A stretch of 64,000 nucleotides of DNA from an uncultured Methanomicrobiales archaeon. GTDB taxonomy: Archaea; Halobacteriota; Methanomicrobia; Methanomicrobiales; Methanospirillaceae. A model generated the notes under the pieces. The model did no database searches. It was not told where the DNA came from and saw nothing but the letters and a program-made list of their open reading frames with translations. The position numbers were made by a program, and so were the translations under genes. The DNA is taken from positions 64,001-128,000 of the forward strand of contig CAVWXH010000003.1 in NCBI GenBank assembly GCA_963758915.1. Reading direction: 5' to 3'. This document shows positions 52,484-63,390 of the stretch, piece after piece; position 1 is the stretch's first letter; each line of letters begins with the position of its first letter.

Positions 52484-52675
52484 ATGGTTGAGATGCGCAA
52501 CTGCTCATTCTGTGGCGGAGCAGTAGAACCCGGTACCGGGAAACTCTTTGTCAGGAAAGACGGGAGCCTGTTTTACTTCTGCAGCACAAAATGCCAGAAG
52601 AATTACAAGATAGGCCGCGTGGCCCGTAAAGTTGCATGGACTGCAGCCGGCCGCAAGGCACTGGGAAAGGAGTGA
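52484..52675 (+). CDS. rpl24e: 50S ribosomal protein L24e
   Basis: CSFCG..EPGTG..FCSTKC..WT. Confidence 0.97.
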   Translation: MVEMRNCSFCGGAVEPGTGKLFVRKDGSLFYFCSTKCQKNYKIGRVARKVAWTAAGRKALGKE

Positions 52676-52681
52676 GCTGGT

Positions 52682-53131
52682 TTGGAGCGCACCTTTGTAA
52701 TGGTCAAGCCTGACGGGGTCCATAGAGGACTTATTGGTGAGGCGGTCGGACGGCTTGAATCCAAGGGCCTGAAGCTCGTGGCTGCACGCTTCGAGCTGAT
52801 GCCTGACAAATGTGTGATTGAGCAGTACAAAGAACACCAGCAGAAACCGTTCTTTAATTCGCTTAAAAAGTATATCATGAGCGGGCCAGTGTTTCTCATG
52901 GTCTGGGAAGGAAAGAATGCCGTAAAGATCGTGCGTACCGTAATCGGCGCCACGAACCCGGCAGAGGCAGCTCCAGGAACAATCCGCGGGGATTTTGGCC
53001 TTGATATCGGAAGAAATGTTATCCACGCTTCTGACTCGGTTGAGAGTGCAAACCGCGAGACTGCTATCCACTTCACCGCAGATAATCTCGTCAGTTACAC
53101 CCGGATTGACGAAACGGTCCTCTACGAGTGA
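52682..53131 (+). CDS. ndk: Nucleoside diphosphate kinase
   Basis: [27 protein letters not shown]. Confidence 0.97.
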   Translation: MERTFVMVKPDGVHRGLIGEAVGRLESKGLKLVAARFELMPDKCVIEQYKEHQQKPFFNSLKKYIMSGPVFLMVWEGKNAVKIVRTVIGATNPAEAAPGTIRGDFGLDIGRNVIHASDSVESANRETAIHFTADNLVSYTRIDETVLYE

Positions 53132-53298
53132 CTGGGCGGGACCCGGTCATTTTTTGATCCTTTTTTAAAAAAGCAATACTCTTATCAGATAAGCGCTAAC
53201 CAACGCGTATATCAGGGGAGATTATCAGGTCCCTTCCATTCAGGATATCATATTCGGGGCCCTAGAAATATAGAGAAAACCCTGGGAGGGATGGTATC

Positions 53299-54114
53299 AT
53301 GGTAGTAAGGATTGCCATTGCACAGGTCACACCGGTATGGGAAGACCCAGGCGCGACACTTCGCAAGGTTGAACCGTTTATTGCGAAGGCCGCGGCGGAT
53401 GGTGCATCAATTATCTGTTTCCCTGAACAGTTCGCGACAGGCTGGGACCCGGGCTCTGTATCCAATGCACAACCGGCTGATGGTGAGATTTTTCATACGC
53501 TGTCAGGGTATGCAAAAAAGCATGATATCGCAGTGCTTGGCTCACTCCGCCTGCAGGAGAAGGGCAAGTTATTCAATGCCTGTATCGTTGCAGGTAGAGA
53601 TGGGACGCTCATGACCAGTTACCGGAAAGTCCACCTGTTTTCACCCCTCATGGAAGGGGCAGGTTACCACCCGGGAGAGAACGTTGCAATGTTCCATCTC
53701 GGGGGTATGACCTTCGGGGTGGCAATCTGTTATGATCTCCGGTTCTCCCCGTTATTCCATGTCTATGCGGCGGCCGGGGCAGAATGTATGCTTGTACCGT
53801 CAGCCTGGCCGGCCTCACGGATGGACGCGTGGGAGCTCTTCATCAGGACCCGGGCCATGGAAAACCAGATATTTGTTGCCGGAATTAATACGATCGGGAT
53901 CACCCCTGTTGACCGGTATTCAGGAGAATCGATTGTTGCCGGACCGCTGGGGACCATCATCAGCCGGGCACCTGACTGTGAGGGAATTACCTTCACAGAC
54001 CTCGATCCTGACGCAATCAGACATGCCCGCCAGGCAATGCATGTAGAGGAGGACCGGCAGACCGGGCTCTATCACGACATGGCAAGGGCAGCAAAAAAGA
54101 ATGACGGTATATAA
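53299..54114 (+). CDS. Carbon-nitrogen hydrolase (nitrilase family)
   Basis: FPE, YRKVHLF, ICYDLRF catalytic triad. Confidence 0.92.
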   Translation: MVVRIAIAQVTPVWEDPGATLRKVEPFIAKAAADGASIICFPEQFATGWDPGSVSNAQPADGEIFHTLSGYAKKHDIAVLGSLRLQEKGKLFNACIVAGRDGTLMTSYRKVHLFSPLMEGAGYHPGENVAMFHLGGMTFGVAICYDLRFSPLFHVYAAAGAECMLVPSAWPASRMDAWELFIRTRAMENQIFVAGINTIGITPVDRYSGESIVAGPLGTIISRAPDCEGITFTDLDPDAIRHARQAMHVEEDRQTGLYHDMARAAKKNDGI

Positions 54115-54138
54115 GACCGCCACGAGGGGGGGCCCTGT

Positions 54139-54567
54139 GTGAAAACGGAGAGGATTAAGGTCCTTTTTATCTGTTCCCGGAACGCAGGGAGGTCCCAGAT
54201 GGCCGAAGGGTACCTTAATACACGGTATGGTGACCGCTATGATGCCAGGAGCGCAGGGTTTCGTACCAGTTCCCTAAACCCAATCACGGTCCGTGTTATG
54301 GCGGAGATCGGGGTTGACACGGGGACACACTATTCAAAGACCTATAGGGAATTCAGTGATGAAACATTCGGGTATATTGTAATCCTAACAGAATACCCCA
54401 ATGATGATCTGGAGCTTCCGGAAGCAACAACCTGTATCCACAGACCATTTGCAGACCCGGGGCCTTATTACGGAAATGAGGAAGAAATACTAGGCAGGTT
54501 CCGGGCTGTCAGGGACGATCTTATGGAATGGATTGACGGGTACTTCGGTCGAGGAGATAACCCGTAA
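54139..54567 (+). CDS. LMW-PTP/ArsC-fold protein
   Basis: VLFICSRNAGRSQMAEG, SAG, DP; resolving cysteines absent. Confidence 0.85.
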   Translation: MKTERIKVLFICSRNAGRSQMAEGYLNTRYGDRYDARSAGFRTSSLNPITVRVMAEIGVDTGTHYSKTYREFSDETFGYIVILTEYPNDDLELPEATTCIHRPFADPGPYYGNEEEILGRFRAVRDDLMEWIDGYFGRGDNP

Positions 54568-54828
54568 TCGTCGGGCAGGCAGGTCGCAGGTGCTACTCCC
54601 AGGGACGCTTGAGATCAGACAGATGGCTGGCAGACAGTGTTTCGCTGTAATCGTCCTCCTGGTTTTTATAGCAGCATTTGTCGGCTGCCTGGTACCGTCC
54701 ATGCAGGGTGAAAAACTTCGGCTTCGTAATGCAGGAGCACTATAAAAACCGCCAGATAAACGCATTCCGGCTGTTAAGGGACTGCGGAGAACCTTGCCTA
54801 TATCTACCCGGAAGACCCATTTCTGTAT

Positions 54829-56034
54829 ATGTACCGTCTCGTGTGCGTCCATTGCAAAGAGACCTATGCACCCGACGAGATCATCTATAACTGCCGGCGG
54901 TGCGGTCACCTGCTCGCAGTACAGTATGACCTTGACAATATTCCAGTTTCGAGATCAGAATGGAACAAGCGGCCGCTCTCGGTCTGGCGTTACCGTGAGA
55001 TCCTTCCGGTAACAATCGACCCGGTCACGCTGTATGAGGGTGGGACCCCGCTCTACCATTTAAAGACAATCGGCAAGGAGCTCGGGCTCCCCGAGCTCTA
55101 TGCAAAACATGAAGGCATGAACCCGTCCGGCTCGTTTAAGGACCGGGGGATGACGGTCGGTGTCTCCATGGCACTGCAGCTCAAAAAGACCCATGTTGCC
55201 TGCGCAAGCACGGGGAATACTTCGGCGAGCCTTGCCGTATACGCGGCAAAAGCCGGCATCCCGGCAGTCGTGCTCCTCCCTGCCGGGAAGGTAGCCCTTG
55301 GAAAAATTGCACAGGCCCTGATGCACGGCGCCAACGTGATCTCAGTCCGGGGGAATTTTGACAAGGCACTTGAGATGGTCCACGACCTCTGCCTGTCTCA
55401 TGGACTCTACCTGCTGAACTCTGTCAACCCGTACCGGCTGGAAGGCCAGAAAACAATCGGTTTTGAAGCGATTGACCAGCTTGGCGGCGTACCAGACCGG
55501 ATTGTACTGCCTGTCGGAAATGCAGGAAATATATCGGCAGTCCATAAAGGACTCAACGAGCTTATTGAACTTGGTTTCATCGACCGCCTCCCCATGATGA
55601 CCGGTATCCAGGCAGCGGGCTCCGCACCCGTGGTCGATGCCATACAAAACAACCTTCCTGAAGTGGTCCCTGAAAAGAACCCGGAGACCGTGGCCACTGC
55701 CATCCGTATCGGCGCACCGGTCAATGCAGAGAAAGCCCTGACAGCAATACGGAAAACTGGCGGGACTGCTATAGCTGTCACCGACGCGGAGATCCTCAAA
55801 ATGCAGCGCGACCTCGCCCGGATGGAGGGGATTGGTGTCGAACCTGCATCGGCAGCATCGGTGGCCGGGGTCCGTCGCCTTGTAGAGGACGGCGTTATTG
55901 ACCGGAACGAACGAATTGTCTGCGTGGTTACAGGTCACCTCTTAAAAGACCCGGAAACGGTGATAAAACAATGCGAGCCCCCTATCGAGATAGACGCGGA
56001 CCTTGCGTCTCTCTGCTCTGCCTTGCGATTGTAA
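54829..56034 (+). CDS. thrC: Threonine synthase
   Basis: NPSGSFKDRG, CASTGNTSAS, LPVGNAGN, TGHLLKD. Confidence 0.95.
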   Translation: MYRLVCVHCKETYAPDEIIYNCRRCGHLLAVQYDLDNIPVSRSEWNKRPLSVWRYREILPVTIDPVTLYEGGTPLYHLKTIGKELGLPELYAKHEGMNPSGSFKDRGMTVGVSMALQLKKTHVACASTGNTSASLAVYAAKAGIPAVVLLPAGKVALGKIAQALMHGANVISVRGNFDKALEMVHDLCLSHGLYLLNSVNPYRLEGQKTIGFEAIDQLGGVPDRIVLPVGNAGNISAVHKGLNELIELGFIDRLPMMTGIQAAGSAPVVDAIQNNLPEVVPEKNPETVATAIRIGAPVNAEKALTAIRKTGGTAIAVTDAEILKMQRDLARMEGIGVEPASAASVAGVRRLVEDGVIDRNERIVCVVTGHLLKDPETVIKQCEPPIEIDADLASLCSALRL

Positions 56035-56603
56035 GCCTGCTGGCAGTGGCCATTGTGGCACCGGTACAGGGCCTTTCCATAGAGTACCGGGTCCTTCCTA
56101 ACGGGACGGCCTACAATGGGACAGTCCAGGTGGAGAAGAGCACGGGTTACCAGTTTTACGAGACCGGGGCGATGGGAGAACGCCTGCCTGTGAAGGTGAC
56201 CAACATCTCACTTAGCGGGGAATGTTCCCCCTGCACCTACAACCTCTCCGGTGATTCGGGGATTTCGTACCCGGAAGGGAATTACACGATCTCCTACCAG
56301 GGACCGGTACGGGAAAACCATATTATCACCTCGTACGAAAAGCCCTACAATGTAAGCGTAATCCTGCCATGGGGGCTTGATGTACGGAACCAGTTCCTCG
56401 GCGTTGTGAGTCCCGGCGGAGAGATTACAGCGATAAATAATACATCTGTGAATGTGAACTGGACCGGTGTAAGATCAGTGGAACTGCGATTTTATGACCA
56501 GAGCAGGGAGTCTTTACTTTACATGTTTGCAAATTTCTGGTTCATCATCGCATTCGTCCTCCTGACACCGTTCCTCATCACGATGAGAAGGAAACAGAAA
56601 TGA
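55971..56603 (+). CDS. DUF5803-like membrane-anchored hypothetical protein
   Basis: Signal-like N-terminus; LDVRNQFLGVVSPGG; C-terminal TM helix; start uncertain because it overlaps thrC. Confidence 0.6.
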   Translation: MRAPYRDRRGPCVSLLCLAIVSLLAVAIVAPVQGLSIEYRVLPNGTAYNGTVQVEKSTGYQFYETGAMGERLPVKVTNISLSGECSPCTYNLSGDSGISYPEGNYTISYQGPVRENHIITSYEKPYNVSVILPWGLDVRNQFLGVVSPGGEITAINNTSVNVNWTGVRSVELRFYDQSRESLLYMFANFWFIIAFVLLTPFLITMRRKQK

Positions 56604-56752
56604 TGGAACAGGCTGGATCCCGTTACCTTCGGATTCGTGCGAAAGAATGGTTAAAATCCATTAATCCGTTTTAATCTATGCTTTTTTACATCAGATGCCA
56701 GGATATCCGATATTGAACCCCCAACTAAAAAATTCATAAGATCTCAACAGCA

Positions 56753-57012
56753 GACTCTGTTGACATCCTGCATGATGAGAGAAAAAGCGGAAGCGTAGAA
56801 ATCTTGGGGTCCCCCCTTCTCTGTTACACCCCCGTAAAGGTATCCTTTGGGCAGGGTTCACCACAAGGGTTTCTGAATAAATCAGACATTACAAATAACG
56901 GTCCCTCACCCTACCGGTGTCGCCAAAGCGGCGGGGCGAAGCCCCGGAGGCGTAATTGAATTTCAGAATAAACCAAATCAAAATCAACATATTTAAAGAT
57001 GGCAACAGAGCG
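56753..57012 (-). mobile_element. Divergent MITE copy, reverse orientation
   Basis: GACTCTGTTGAC ... GGCAACAGAGCG; reverse strand carries CCGGGGCTTCGCCCCGCCGCTTTGGCG and CCCTGCCC blocks. Confidence 0.7.
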
Positions 57013-57127
57013 TGCAATTAGCCCCTCGGCTCATAAATGAGCATGAAACGGATGGCCTTTTTGATTGTTACCGGAGTTTTTCCCAACCTGAAAAAATGAA
57101 AAAAATGAAACGTCCCTTCCCGCCAAC

Positions 57128-58039
57128 CTACGGTGCTGCAGGGTCAGGTTTATTTTTTAATTTCAGGTCGGTACCATATTTTTCTGCATTTTTATCGGCA
57201 ATCGCCTGGATTTTTGCGATCTCTTCGGTATTTACCTTTGGTTTGAACAGGTGACGGAAGCGCTTCTGCTCTTTTAAGTAGTTCTCAACGGGTTTCCGGA
57301 CCACTTTCTTGACACGTGTGACCATCCCGTCCTCCATCTCGAAATTCACCCAGAGCCCGGTCTCAATTGCAAGTTTTCCAATTGCAAGGGTTTTTTCACC
57401 CTCGAATCCCCATCCGGTACAGCAGGGTGCGTGGATCTGCACGTAACACGGGCCCGGCGTATTTATTGCCTTCTCGATTTTCTTGACTACATCGGAGGGA
57501 TACGCAATTGAAGCCGTCGCGACATACGGGGCACCGTGGGCTGCAAGGATCTGTGGGAGGTCCTTTTTCTGCCTGGCATTCCCCATCGAACACTTACCGG
57601 CAGGGCTCGTTGTTGTACTCGCATCATAGGGTGTTGCCCCTGACCGCTGGATACCGGTGTTCATGTATGCCTCGTTATCGTAGCAGATGTAGGTGAAATC
57701 ATGGCCACGTTCAAATGCTCCACTCAGGCAGAGCATCCCGATATCGAAGGTCGAACCATCGCCCCCGATTGCAACTACTTTCTCTGTTCTCCCCTGTTTC
57801 TTCAGCGATGCGCAAATCCCTGATGCGACCGCAGAATTGTTCTCAAAGAGGGAGTGGATCCATGGAACTTTCCACGCCGTTTCAGGATACGGGGTTGAAA
57901 AAACTTCCATGCAACCGGTTGCCGATACGATAATCGCATCCTTTCCGGTCGCCTTGAGGATCAGCCTCGAGACGAGCGCTGCACCACAACCGCCACATGC
58001 CCGGTGACCACAGTCGAACAGCTCACAGGTCTCGGCCAT
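57128..58039 (-). CDS. porB: Pyruvate:ferredoxin oxidoreductase beta subunit
   Basis: [26 protein letters not shown]. Confidence 0.95.
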   Translation of the reverse strand: MAETCELFDCGHRACGGCGAALVSRLILKATGKDAIIVSATGCMEVFSTPYPETAWKVPWIHSLFENNSAVASGICASLKKQGRTEKVVAIGGDGSTFDIGMLCLSGAFERGHDFTYICYDNEAYMNTGIQRSGATPYDASTTTSPAGKCSMGNARQKKDLPQILAAHGAPYVATASIAYPSDVVKKIEKAINTPGPCYVQIHAPCCTGWGFEGEKTLAIGKLAIETGLWVNFEMEDGMVTRVKKVVRKPVENYLKEQKRFRHLFKPKVNTEEIAKIQAIADKNAEKYGTDLKLKNKPDPAAP

Positions 58040-59193
58040 CAGAGCACCTCCGTGCGAAGCCCGTAAAACTGGTCCCCTTTACCGGATTCAGCAAGTGAGA
58101 CAATATTTTTGACATCTGATATCCTGACATCACGTCCTCCAAGACCAAGGATATAGCCCAGTACAGGTATGGTCTTTCCATACAGTGCATCTTTTACTTC
58201 TATTGCAACGGCCCCCTTTGCACCAATGGAGATATTCTTATCAAGAACGGCAACTCTTTTGACATGGGACAGGGCGGCTCTTATCTCTTCTGCAGGAAAA
58301 GGCCTGAAGCACCTGATTTTCAGGAGGCCGACCTTTTTACCCGCTGTCCGCATCTCGTCGATAGCGTCCTTGACAGTCCCGCAGAGGGAACCCATCGCGA
58401 TGATGGCAGTGTCTGCATCTTCAAGCCGGTAGCTTTCGACCAGCGCCGAATAATCCCTGCCAAACATCTCCCCGAATTCCTTTCCTGCCTTATGAATAGC
58501 ATTTTTCGCACGCTTCATCGCCTGGTCGTGTTCGTACCTGAACTCGAGGTAATATTCCGGTGTTGCATACATGCCGAAACTGATAGGATCAGCCGCGTCA
58601 AGCTTCTGGGCGGGTTTATATGGTGGCAGGAATCTGTCTACGTCCTCCTGGGAGAGCATATCAACCGGTTCATACGTGTGGGAGAGGATAAACCCGTCAA
58701 AGCAGACAAATGCCGGTAACAGGACTTCCGGGTTTTCCGCGACCCGGTAAGCGATATAGTGGAGTTCGGTCGCCTCCTGGTTGTCCTCCGCGTAGAACTG
58801 GAGCCACCCGCAGTCACGAAGGGCAATCGAGTCCTGCTGATCGTTCCAGATAGAAAGCGGTGCGCCGAGTGCGCGGTTTGCAATGGTCATCACAACGGGA
58901 AGACGCATTCCGGATACGTTGAAACAGACCTCAAACATCAGGGCAAGGCCCTGTGAGGTAGTCGCCGAATAGGTCCTCGATCCTGCCGCACTTGCTCCAA
59001 GGCAGGCAGAGAGCGCTGAAAACTCGCTCTCGACCGTAATATATTCCGCGTCCAGTTCGCAGTCTGCAACCATATCTGCCAGTGTTTCGACAATATGAGT
59101 CTGAGGGGTAATCGGGTAGGCTGCAATCACCTGCGGGCGGGACATTTTCACCGCTTTGGCAACCGCATGTGAGCCTTCTGTGATCTCGAGCAT
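58039..59193 (-). CDS. porA: Pyruvate:ferredoxin oxidoreductase alpha subunit
   Basis: [29 protein letters not shown]. Confidence 0.95.
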   Translation of the reverse strand: MLEITEGSHAVAKAVKMSRPQVIAAYPITPQTHIVETLADMVADCELDAEYITVESEFSALSACLGASAAGSRTYSATTSQGLALMFEVCFNVSGMRLPVVMTIANRALGAPLSIWNDQQDSIALRDCGWLQFYAEDNQEATELHYIAYRVAENPEVLLPAFVCFDGFILSHTYEPVDMLSQEDVDRFLPPYKPAQKLDAADPISFGMYATPEYYLEFRYEHDQAMKRAKNAIHKAGKEFGEMFGRDYSALVESYRLEDADTAIIAMGSLCGTVKDAIDEMRTAGKKVGLLKIRCFRPFPAEEIRAALSHVKRVAVLDKNISIGAKGAVAIEVKDALYGKTIPVLGYILGLGGRDVRISDVKNIVSLAESGKGDQFYGLRTEVL

Positions 59194-59454
59194 CTACTTC
59201 TCCTCCTGTTCCATGGTGATCGCATCTGACGGGCATTCCTCTGCACAAAGGCCGCAACCTTTGCAGTAGGACTCGTTGGGGATGAAAAATTCATCCTCTG
59301 ATTCCTCGATACAGCCTTCGGGGCAGATGGTTTTGCACATCCCGCATTTTGTGCATTTATCGTGGTCGAATTTCGGCTTGAAAACACGCCATGAGCCTGT
59401 TTTATTATTCGGTGCCTTCCCCGGGCGGGAAGAACAGCCTAATCCCAGCGCCAT
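59194..59454 (-). CDS. porD: Pyruvate:ferredoxin oxidoreductase delta subunit
   Basis: KTGSWR, two [4Fe-4S] motifs including YCKGCGLCAEECP. Confidence 0.95.
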   Translation of the reverse strand: MALGLGCSSRPGKAPNNKTGSWRVFKPKFDHDKCTKCGMCKTICPEGCIEESEDEFFIPNESYCKGCGLCAEECPSDAITMEQEEK

Positions 59455-60009
59455 TCAGGCACCCCCTTTCACGATCTCGTATGCCTTCTTTGCGGCCATG
59501 ATATTTTTGTCTGCAAGTTCACCCTTGAACCGGTGCCGGAGTGCATTTTCCAGGGCTGAAAACTTTATTTCCCCTGTCGCTGCAGCAAATGCACCCATCA
59601 GCGTTGTATTGGTAATAGGGAGGCCGAGTACCTCAAGTGCAATTGAAGTCGCGTCAATCGTGATCAGCTTTACCCCGGCGGGTACACTGGCATCGACCTT
59701 TTTCCCCGAATTAACAATCACAACGCCCCCGGGCTTAACTCCCAAAAAGACATTGACATCCCTGATCAGCGTGCTGTCCTGCACGATAATGTAATCAGGT
59801 TCATATACCTGGCTCCGCAGCCTGATCGTGTGATCATTGAACCGCACGAATGCCTGGACCGGTGCGCCACGACGTTCTACCCCGAATGCGGGGAACGCCT
59901 GGGCATACACGCCCCCTTCAAATGCAGCAACTGCAATCAGTTCGGCGGCAGTGACCGAGCCCTGTCCACCCCTGCCATGAATACGCAGCTCTCTCAAAGA
60001 AAATCCCAC
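59455..60009 (-). CDS. porC: Pyruvate:ferredoxin oxidoreductase gamma subunit
   Basis: HGRGGQGSVTAA, FGVERRGAP. Confidence 0.95.
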   Translation of the reverse strand: MGFSLRELRIHGRGGQGSVTAAELIAVAAFEGGVYAQAFPAFGVERRGAPVQAFVRFNDHTIRLRSQVYEPDYIIVQDSTLIRDVNVFLGVKPGGVVIVNSGKKVDASVPAGVKLITIDATSIALEVLGLPITNTTLMGAFAAATGEIKFSALENALRHRFKGELADKNIMAAKKAYEIVKGGA

Positions 60010-60038
60010 ATAATCTTACATGATTAATCAATATAAAT

Positions 60039-60911
60039 CTACAGATCTACATCGATACCGAGAATTGATCGGCTGCCGGAAAAGACGTCTTTTGCTATCT
60101 TCGCAAGTCCACGGGACGCGCACCATTCATCATACACCGTAACCGGCCGGTTCAGCAGATTGCCCACCTCAGGCCCTATAACGGGTGCAAGACTACCGGC
60201 GAGCGCTACCTTCGCGCACGGGTTGAGAAGGAGGAGTGCAGCACATTCCATTGCAGAAAACATCGCAATGGTCAGTTCACGCTCTTCAGCTGGCATGGTG
60301 AATGCAGCGCCTGCACGCAGGAAGGATTCATTCGCACCCGCCTCACCACGGTCGATCCTCCGTATCGCATCGACGTCAAGGGCCCCGTGCTGCATCCCCG
60401 GGGCGAATATACAGGCATCAAAAGCCCCGGTCAGCCGCCCGTCCTTGACGAGCAGGGTGACCGTGTTGGAGCTCACATCAGAGACAACAACATCCGGGCC
60501 CAGGACACCCACCACATAATAGGCAATTCCAATCTTTTCGGGGCTCGCCTGGTGTGAATACGCCTTGAACCTGATATCTGTCGGTGAGCCGCGGTGGAGA
60601 CCTGGTACGGCTACTGCCGGAAGACTACTGCGCCTGATCTCATCAAAGACCCGGGTCCCCCCGCCGATATGTTCACCTGCGCCCTCGCGGCTTACAACAC
60701 CCCGGTCTTTTATTTTTGACACCGGGGTGATGCTGGAAAAATTATCCCCCATTGAATAGCTTATTGCAATTCCTTCGATCTCCTCCATGGGGCAGAGATG
60801 GTCGAGATCGGTATAAACAAAACTGGTGGCATCCTTTCTTGAGATCTTAAACTCGCAGCCGTCACCGGCAAACCTCATTGCGGTCGTACCATGGTCGATC
60901 CCGATATACAT
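60039..60911 (-). CDS. Methanogenesis marker protein 12
   Basis: MYIGIDHGTT, YSMGD, GGGTRVFD, SHQASPEK, DVSSNTVT, HGALD. Confidence 0.85.
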   Translation of the reverse strand: MYIGIDHGTTAMRFAGDGCEFKISRKDATSFVYTDLDHLCPMEEIEGIAISYSMGDNFSSITPVSKIKDRGVVSREGAGEHIGGGTRVFDEIRRSSLPAVAVPGLHRGSPTDIRFKAYSHQASPEKIGIAYYVVGVLGPDVVVSDVSSNTVTLLVKDGRLTGAFDACIFAPGMQHGALDVDAIRRIDRGEAGANESFLRAGAAFTMPAEERELTIAMFSAMECAALLLLNPCAKVALAGSLAPVIGPEVGNLLNRPVTVYDEWCASRGLAKIAKDVFSGSRSILGIDVDL

Positions 60912-60949
60912 AGCAGTAATCCTATAGGCATTAGGCTCCCTATTATGTT

Positions 60950-61891
60950 ATGATGTTGTGTGTCGTTACGGGCGGGGCCGGGTTCATCGGTTCACACCTC
61001 GTGGACGCCCTGGTCGCCAGGGGCGATCGCGTGGTTGTTATCGATTCGCTGGTGAACGGTGATCGCCGGAATATTGAAGGTCATATTGAGGCAGGCCAGG
61101 TAACACTTGTCCAGGCAGACCTCCTGCGTGACGGGTGGCAGGAAGCACTGGCCGGGGTGAAAAGAGTGTACCACCTCGCTGCAGACCCGGATGTACGGCA
61201 GGGATCGCTGACACCCGACAGCCAGGTACACAATAATATCCTTGCCACCTACCGTGTGCTCGAAGCGATGCGTGCCCATGGAGTGCCGGAGGTTGTATTC
61301 ACTTCTACCTCAACGGTATACGGCGATGCTGCCGTCATACCAACACCCGAGTCCTATAACCCGCTTGAACCGGTCTCTGTGTACGGGGCAAGCAAGCTCG
61401 CCTGTGAGGCCCTTATCTCCGCATACTGCCACGGGTTTGGCATGAAAGGATGGGTCTACCGGTTTGCAAATATCATTGGGGAGCGGAGCAACCACGGTGT
61501 AATCACGGATTTTATTAAAAAACTAAAGGACCGGCCCGGGGAACTCGAGATCCTTGGTGATGGCAGGCAGACCAAATCATACCTGGAAGTGAGGGCATGC
61601 ATCAGGGCGATGCTGTTTGCTGCTGAAATGTCTGACGACCGGTTCAATATTTTCAATATCGGTTCCGAGGACTGGATTGACGTTGTGACCATTGCTGACA
61701 TCATCGTGCGTGAAATGGGCCTTTCTCAGGTGCAATACCATTTTACCGGTGGTGAACGGGGATGGGTTGGCGATGTCCCCCGGATGCAGCTGGGGGTAGC
61801 AAAACTGAAAGCACTCGGCTGGCAGCCTGATGTCGGATCTCTTGAAAGTGTAGAACTTGCTGTAAGGGCAATGCTTGGGAAAAAAGTATAG
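60950..61891 (+). CDS. NAD-dependent epimerase/dehydratase (GalE-like)
   Basis: VTGGAGFIGSH, STSTVYG, YGASK, GWVGDV. Confidence 0.92.
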   Translation: MMLCVVTGGAGFIGSHLVDALVARGDRVVVIDSLVNGDRRNIEGHIEAGQVTLVQADLLRDGWQEALAGVKRVYHLAADPDVRQGSLTPDSQVHNNILATYRVLEAMRAHGVPEVVFTSTSTVYGDAAVIPTPESYNPLEPVSVYGASKLACEALISAYCHGFGMKGWVYRFANIIGERSNHGVITDFIKKLKDRPGELEILGDGRQTKSYLEVRACIRAMLFAAEMSDDRFNIFNIGSEDWIDVVTIADIIVREMGLSQVQYHFTGGERGWVGDVPRMQLGVAKLKALGWQPDVGSLESVELAVRAMLGKKV

Positions 61892-61912
61892 GAAATCAGG
61901 TGTTTTAGCGAT

Positions 61913-63064
61913 ATGAAGTATTTACTCGTCCTTGGGGATGGCATGGCCGATGAACCGCTGGCCGGACTCAGCGGTATGACACCGCTCGAATATGCGGATA
62001 CACCGAATATGGACATGATTGCACGGGAGGGGGCGTCGGGCATGCTCCGTACCATACCGGAAGGCTTTGAGCCCGGCAGCGATATCGCGAACCTTTCAGT
62101 GCTGGGCTACGATCCAAGGCGGTATTATACCGGCCGTGGCCCTCTCGAAGCGATGAGCATGGGGATCCCGCTCAGGGATGATGATGTTGCGTACCGCTGC
62201 AATATCTCAACCGTGGTTGATGGACAGATGGCAGATTTTTCTGCCGGGCATATCTCAACGAGGGAGAGCCGCGATCTGCTGGAGGCACTGGGTGAAAAGG
62301 TACCGGATGTATTCCTCAAGGAGGGGATCAGCTACAGGAACCTCCTTGTGATCAGTCATGGAAAAGGGTCGGAGACCACGCCACCTCACGACATTGTCGG
62401 GCAGGATATCAGCCCCTATCTTCCGCAAGGCGGGGACGCGGATATTCTCAGGCGCTGCATTGATGAGAGCACCAGGGTTTTTAGCACCCACCCGGTAAAC
62501 AGGGTACGAATTTCCGCGGGAAAAACTCCGGCAACACAGATATGGCCATGGAGTGGGGGAAAAAGACCTGCCCTGCCATTGTTCCAGGATAAGTACGGTA
62601 AAACCGGCGGGATGATCTCGGCTGTTGACCTCCTGAACGGGATCGCCAGGTGTGCCGGGATGGAAGTAATCCGGGTGCCGGGGGCAACCGGGTACCTCGA
62701 TACAGATTACCACGCAAAAGCCAGATACGCAATTGAGGCGCTCAGACATCTTGATTTTCTCTATCTCCACGTGGAGGCACCGGACGAGGCAGGTCACCTT
62801 GGCAGTATCGAGGAGAAAGTAACGGCAATCGAACGGGTCGATGAAATGCTAGGGATAATTATGGAAGAATTTCCCGGGGTCATTGCCATATTACCCGACC
62901 ACCCGACCCCAATCAGGTTAAAGACCCATACACGCGAACCTGTACCATTTGCAGTCAGGGGACTAAAAAAGGACAATACCGGGCGATATTCCGAGCGGGA
63001 GGCCCAGTCAGGCGTTTATGGCACTATTGATGCCATTGATCTTCTATCCCTGCTCTTTTCATGA
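61913..63064 (+). CDS. apgM: Cofactor-independent phosphoglycerate mutase
   Basis: GDGMAD, PGSDIAN, HVEAPDEAGH, PDHPTP. Confidence 0.93.
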   Translation: MKYLLVLGDGMADEPLAGLSGMTPLEYADTPNMDMIAREGASGMLRTIPEGFEPGSDIANLSVLGYDPRRYYTGRGPLEAMSMGIPLRDDDVAYRCNISTVVDGQMADFSAGHISTRESRDLLEALGEKVPDVFLKEGISYRNLLVISHGKGSETTPPHDIVGQDISPYLPQGGDADILRRCIDESTRVFSTHPVNRVRISAGKTPATQIWPWSGGKRPALPLFQDKYGKTGGMISAVDLLNGIARCAGMEVIRVPGATGYLDTDYHAKARYAIEALRHLDFLYLHVEAPDEAGHLGSIEEKVTAIERVDEMLGIIMEEFPGVIAILPDHPTPIRLKTHTREPVPFAVRGLKKDNTGRYSEREAQSGVYGTIDAIDLLSLLFS

Positions 63065-63390
63065 TTTTCTGGTTAACGTGGCATCAGGCCCCTGCATCAT
63101 CACGAATCAGTGGGGGTAACTTTCATCATTTGCCATGCATAAAATATCCCAATTATTGCCTGATTTTTGTTTTTTATGCTGCTTTTAGCATTATTATTTC
63201 AATTTGGATTGATATAATTCAACAGAGATCTATTCATGCCAATGCGTATAAGACTTTGGTGTTTTCAGGAATTCAGCAGAATAGGTAATACCTCGGAATA
63301 GTCACAGGAAGAGCGGGCAGGAGGGGATGTACCGGGTAACAGGAACCACCGTATGAAAGGTATATCCCGCGGTATGAAAAAAACAGGATC

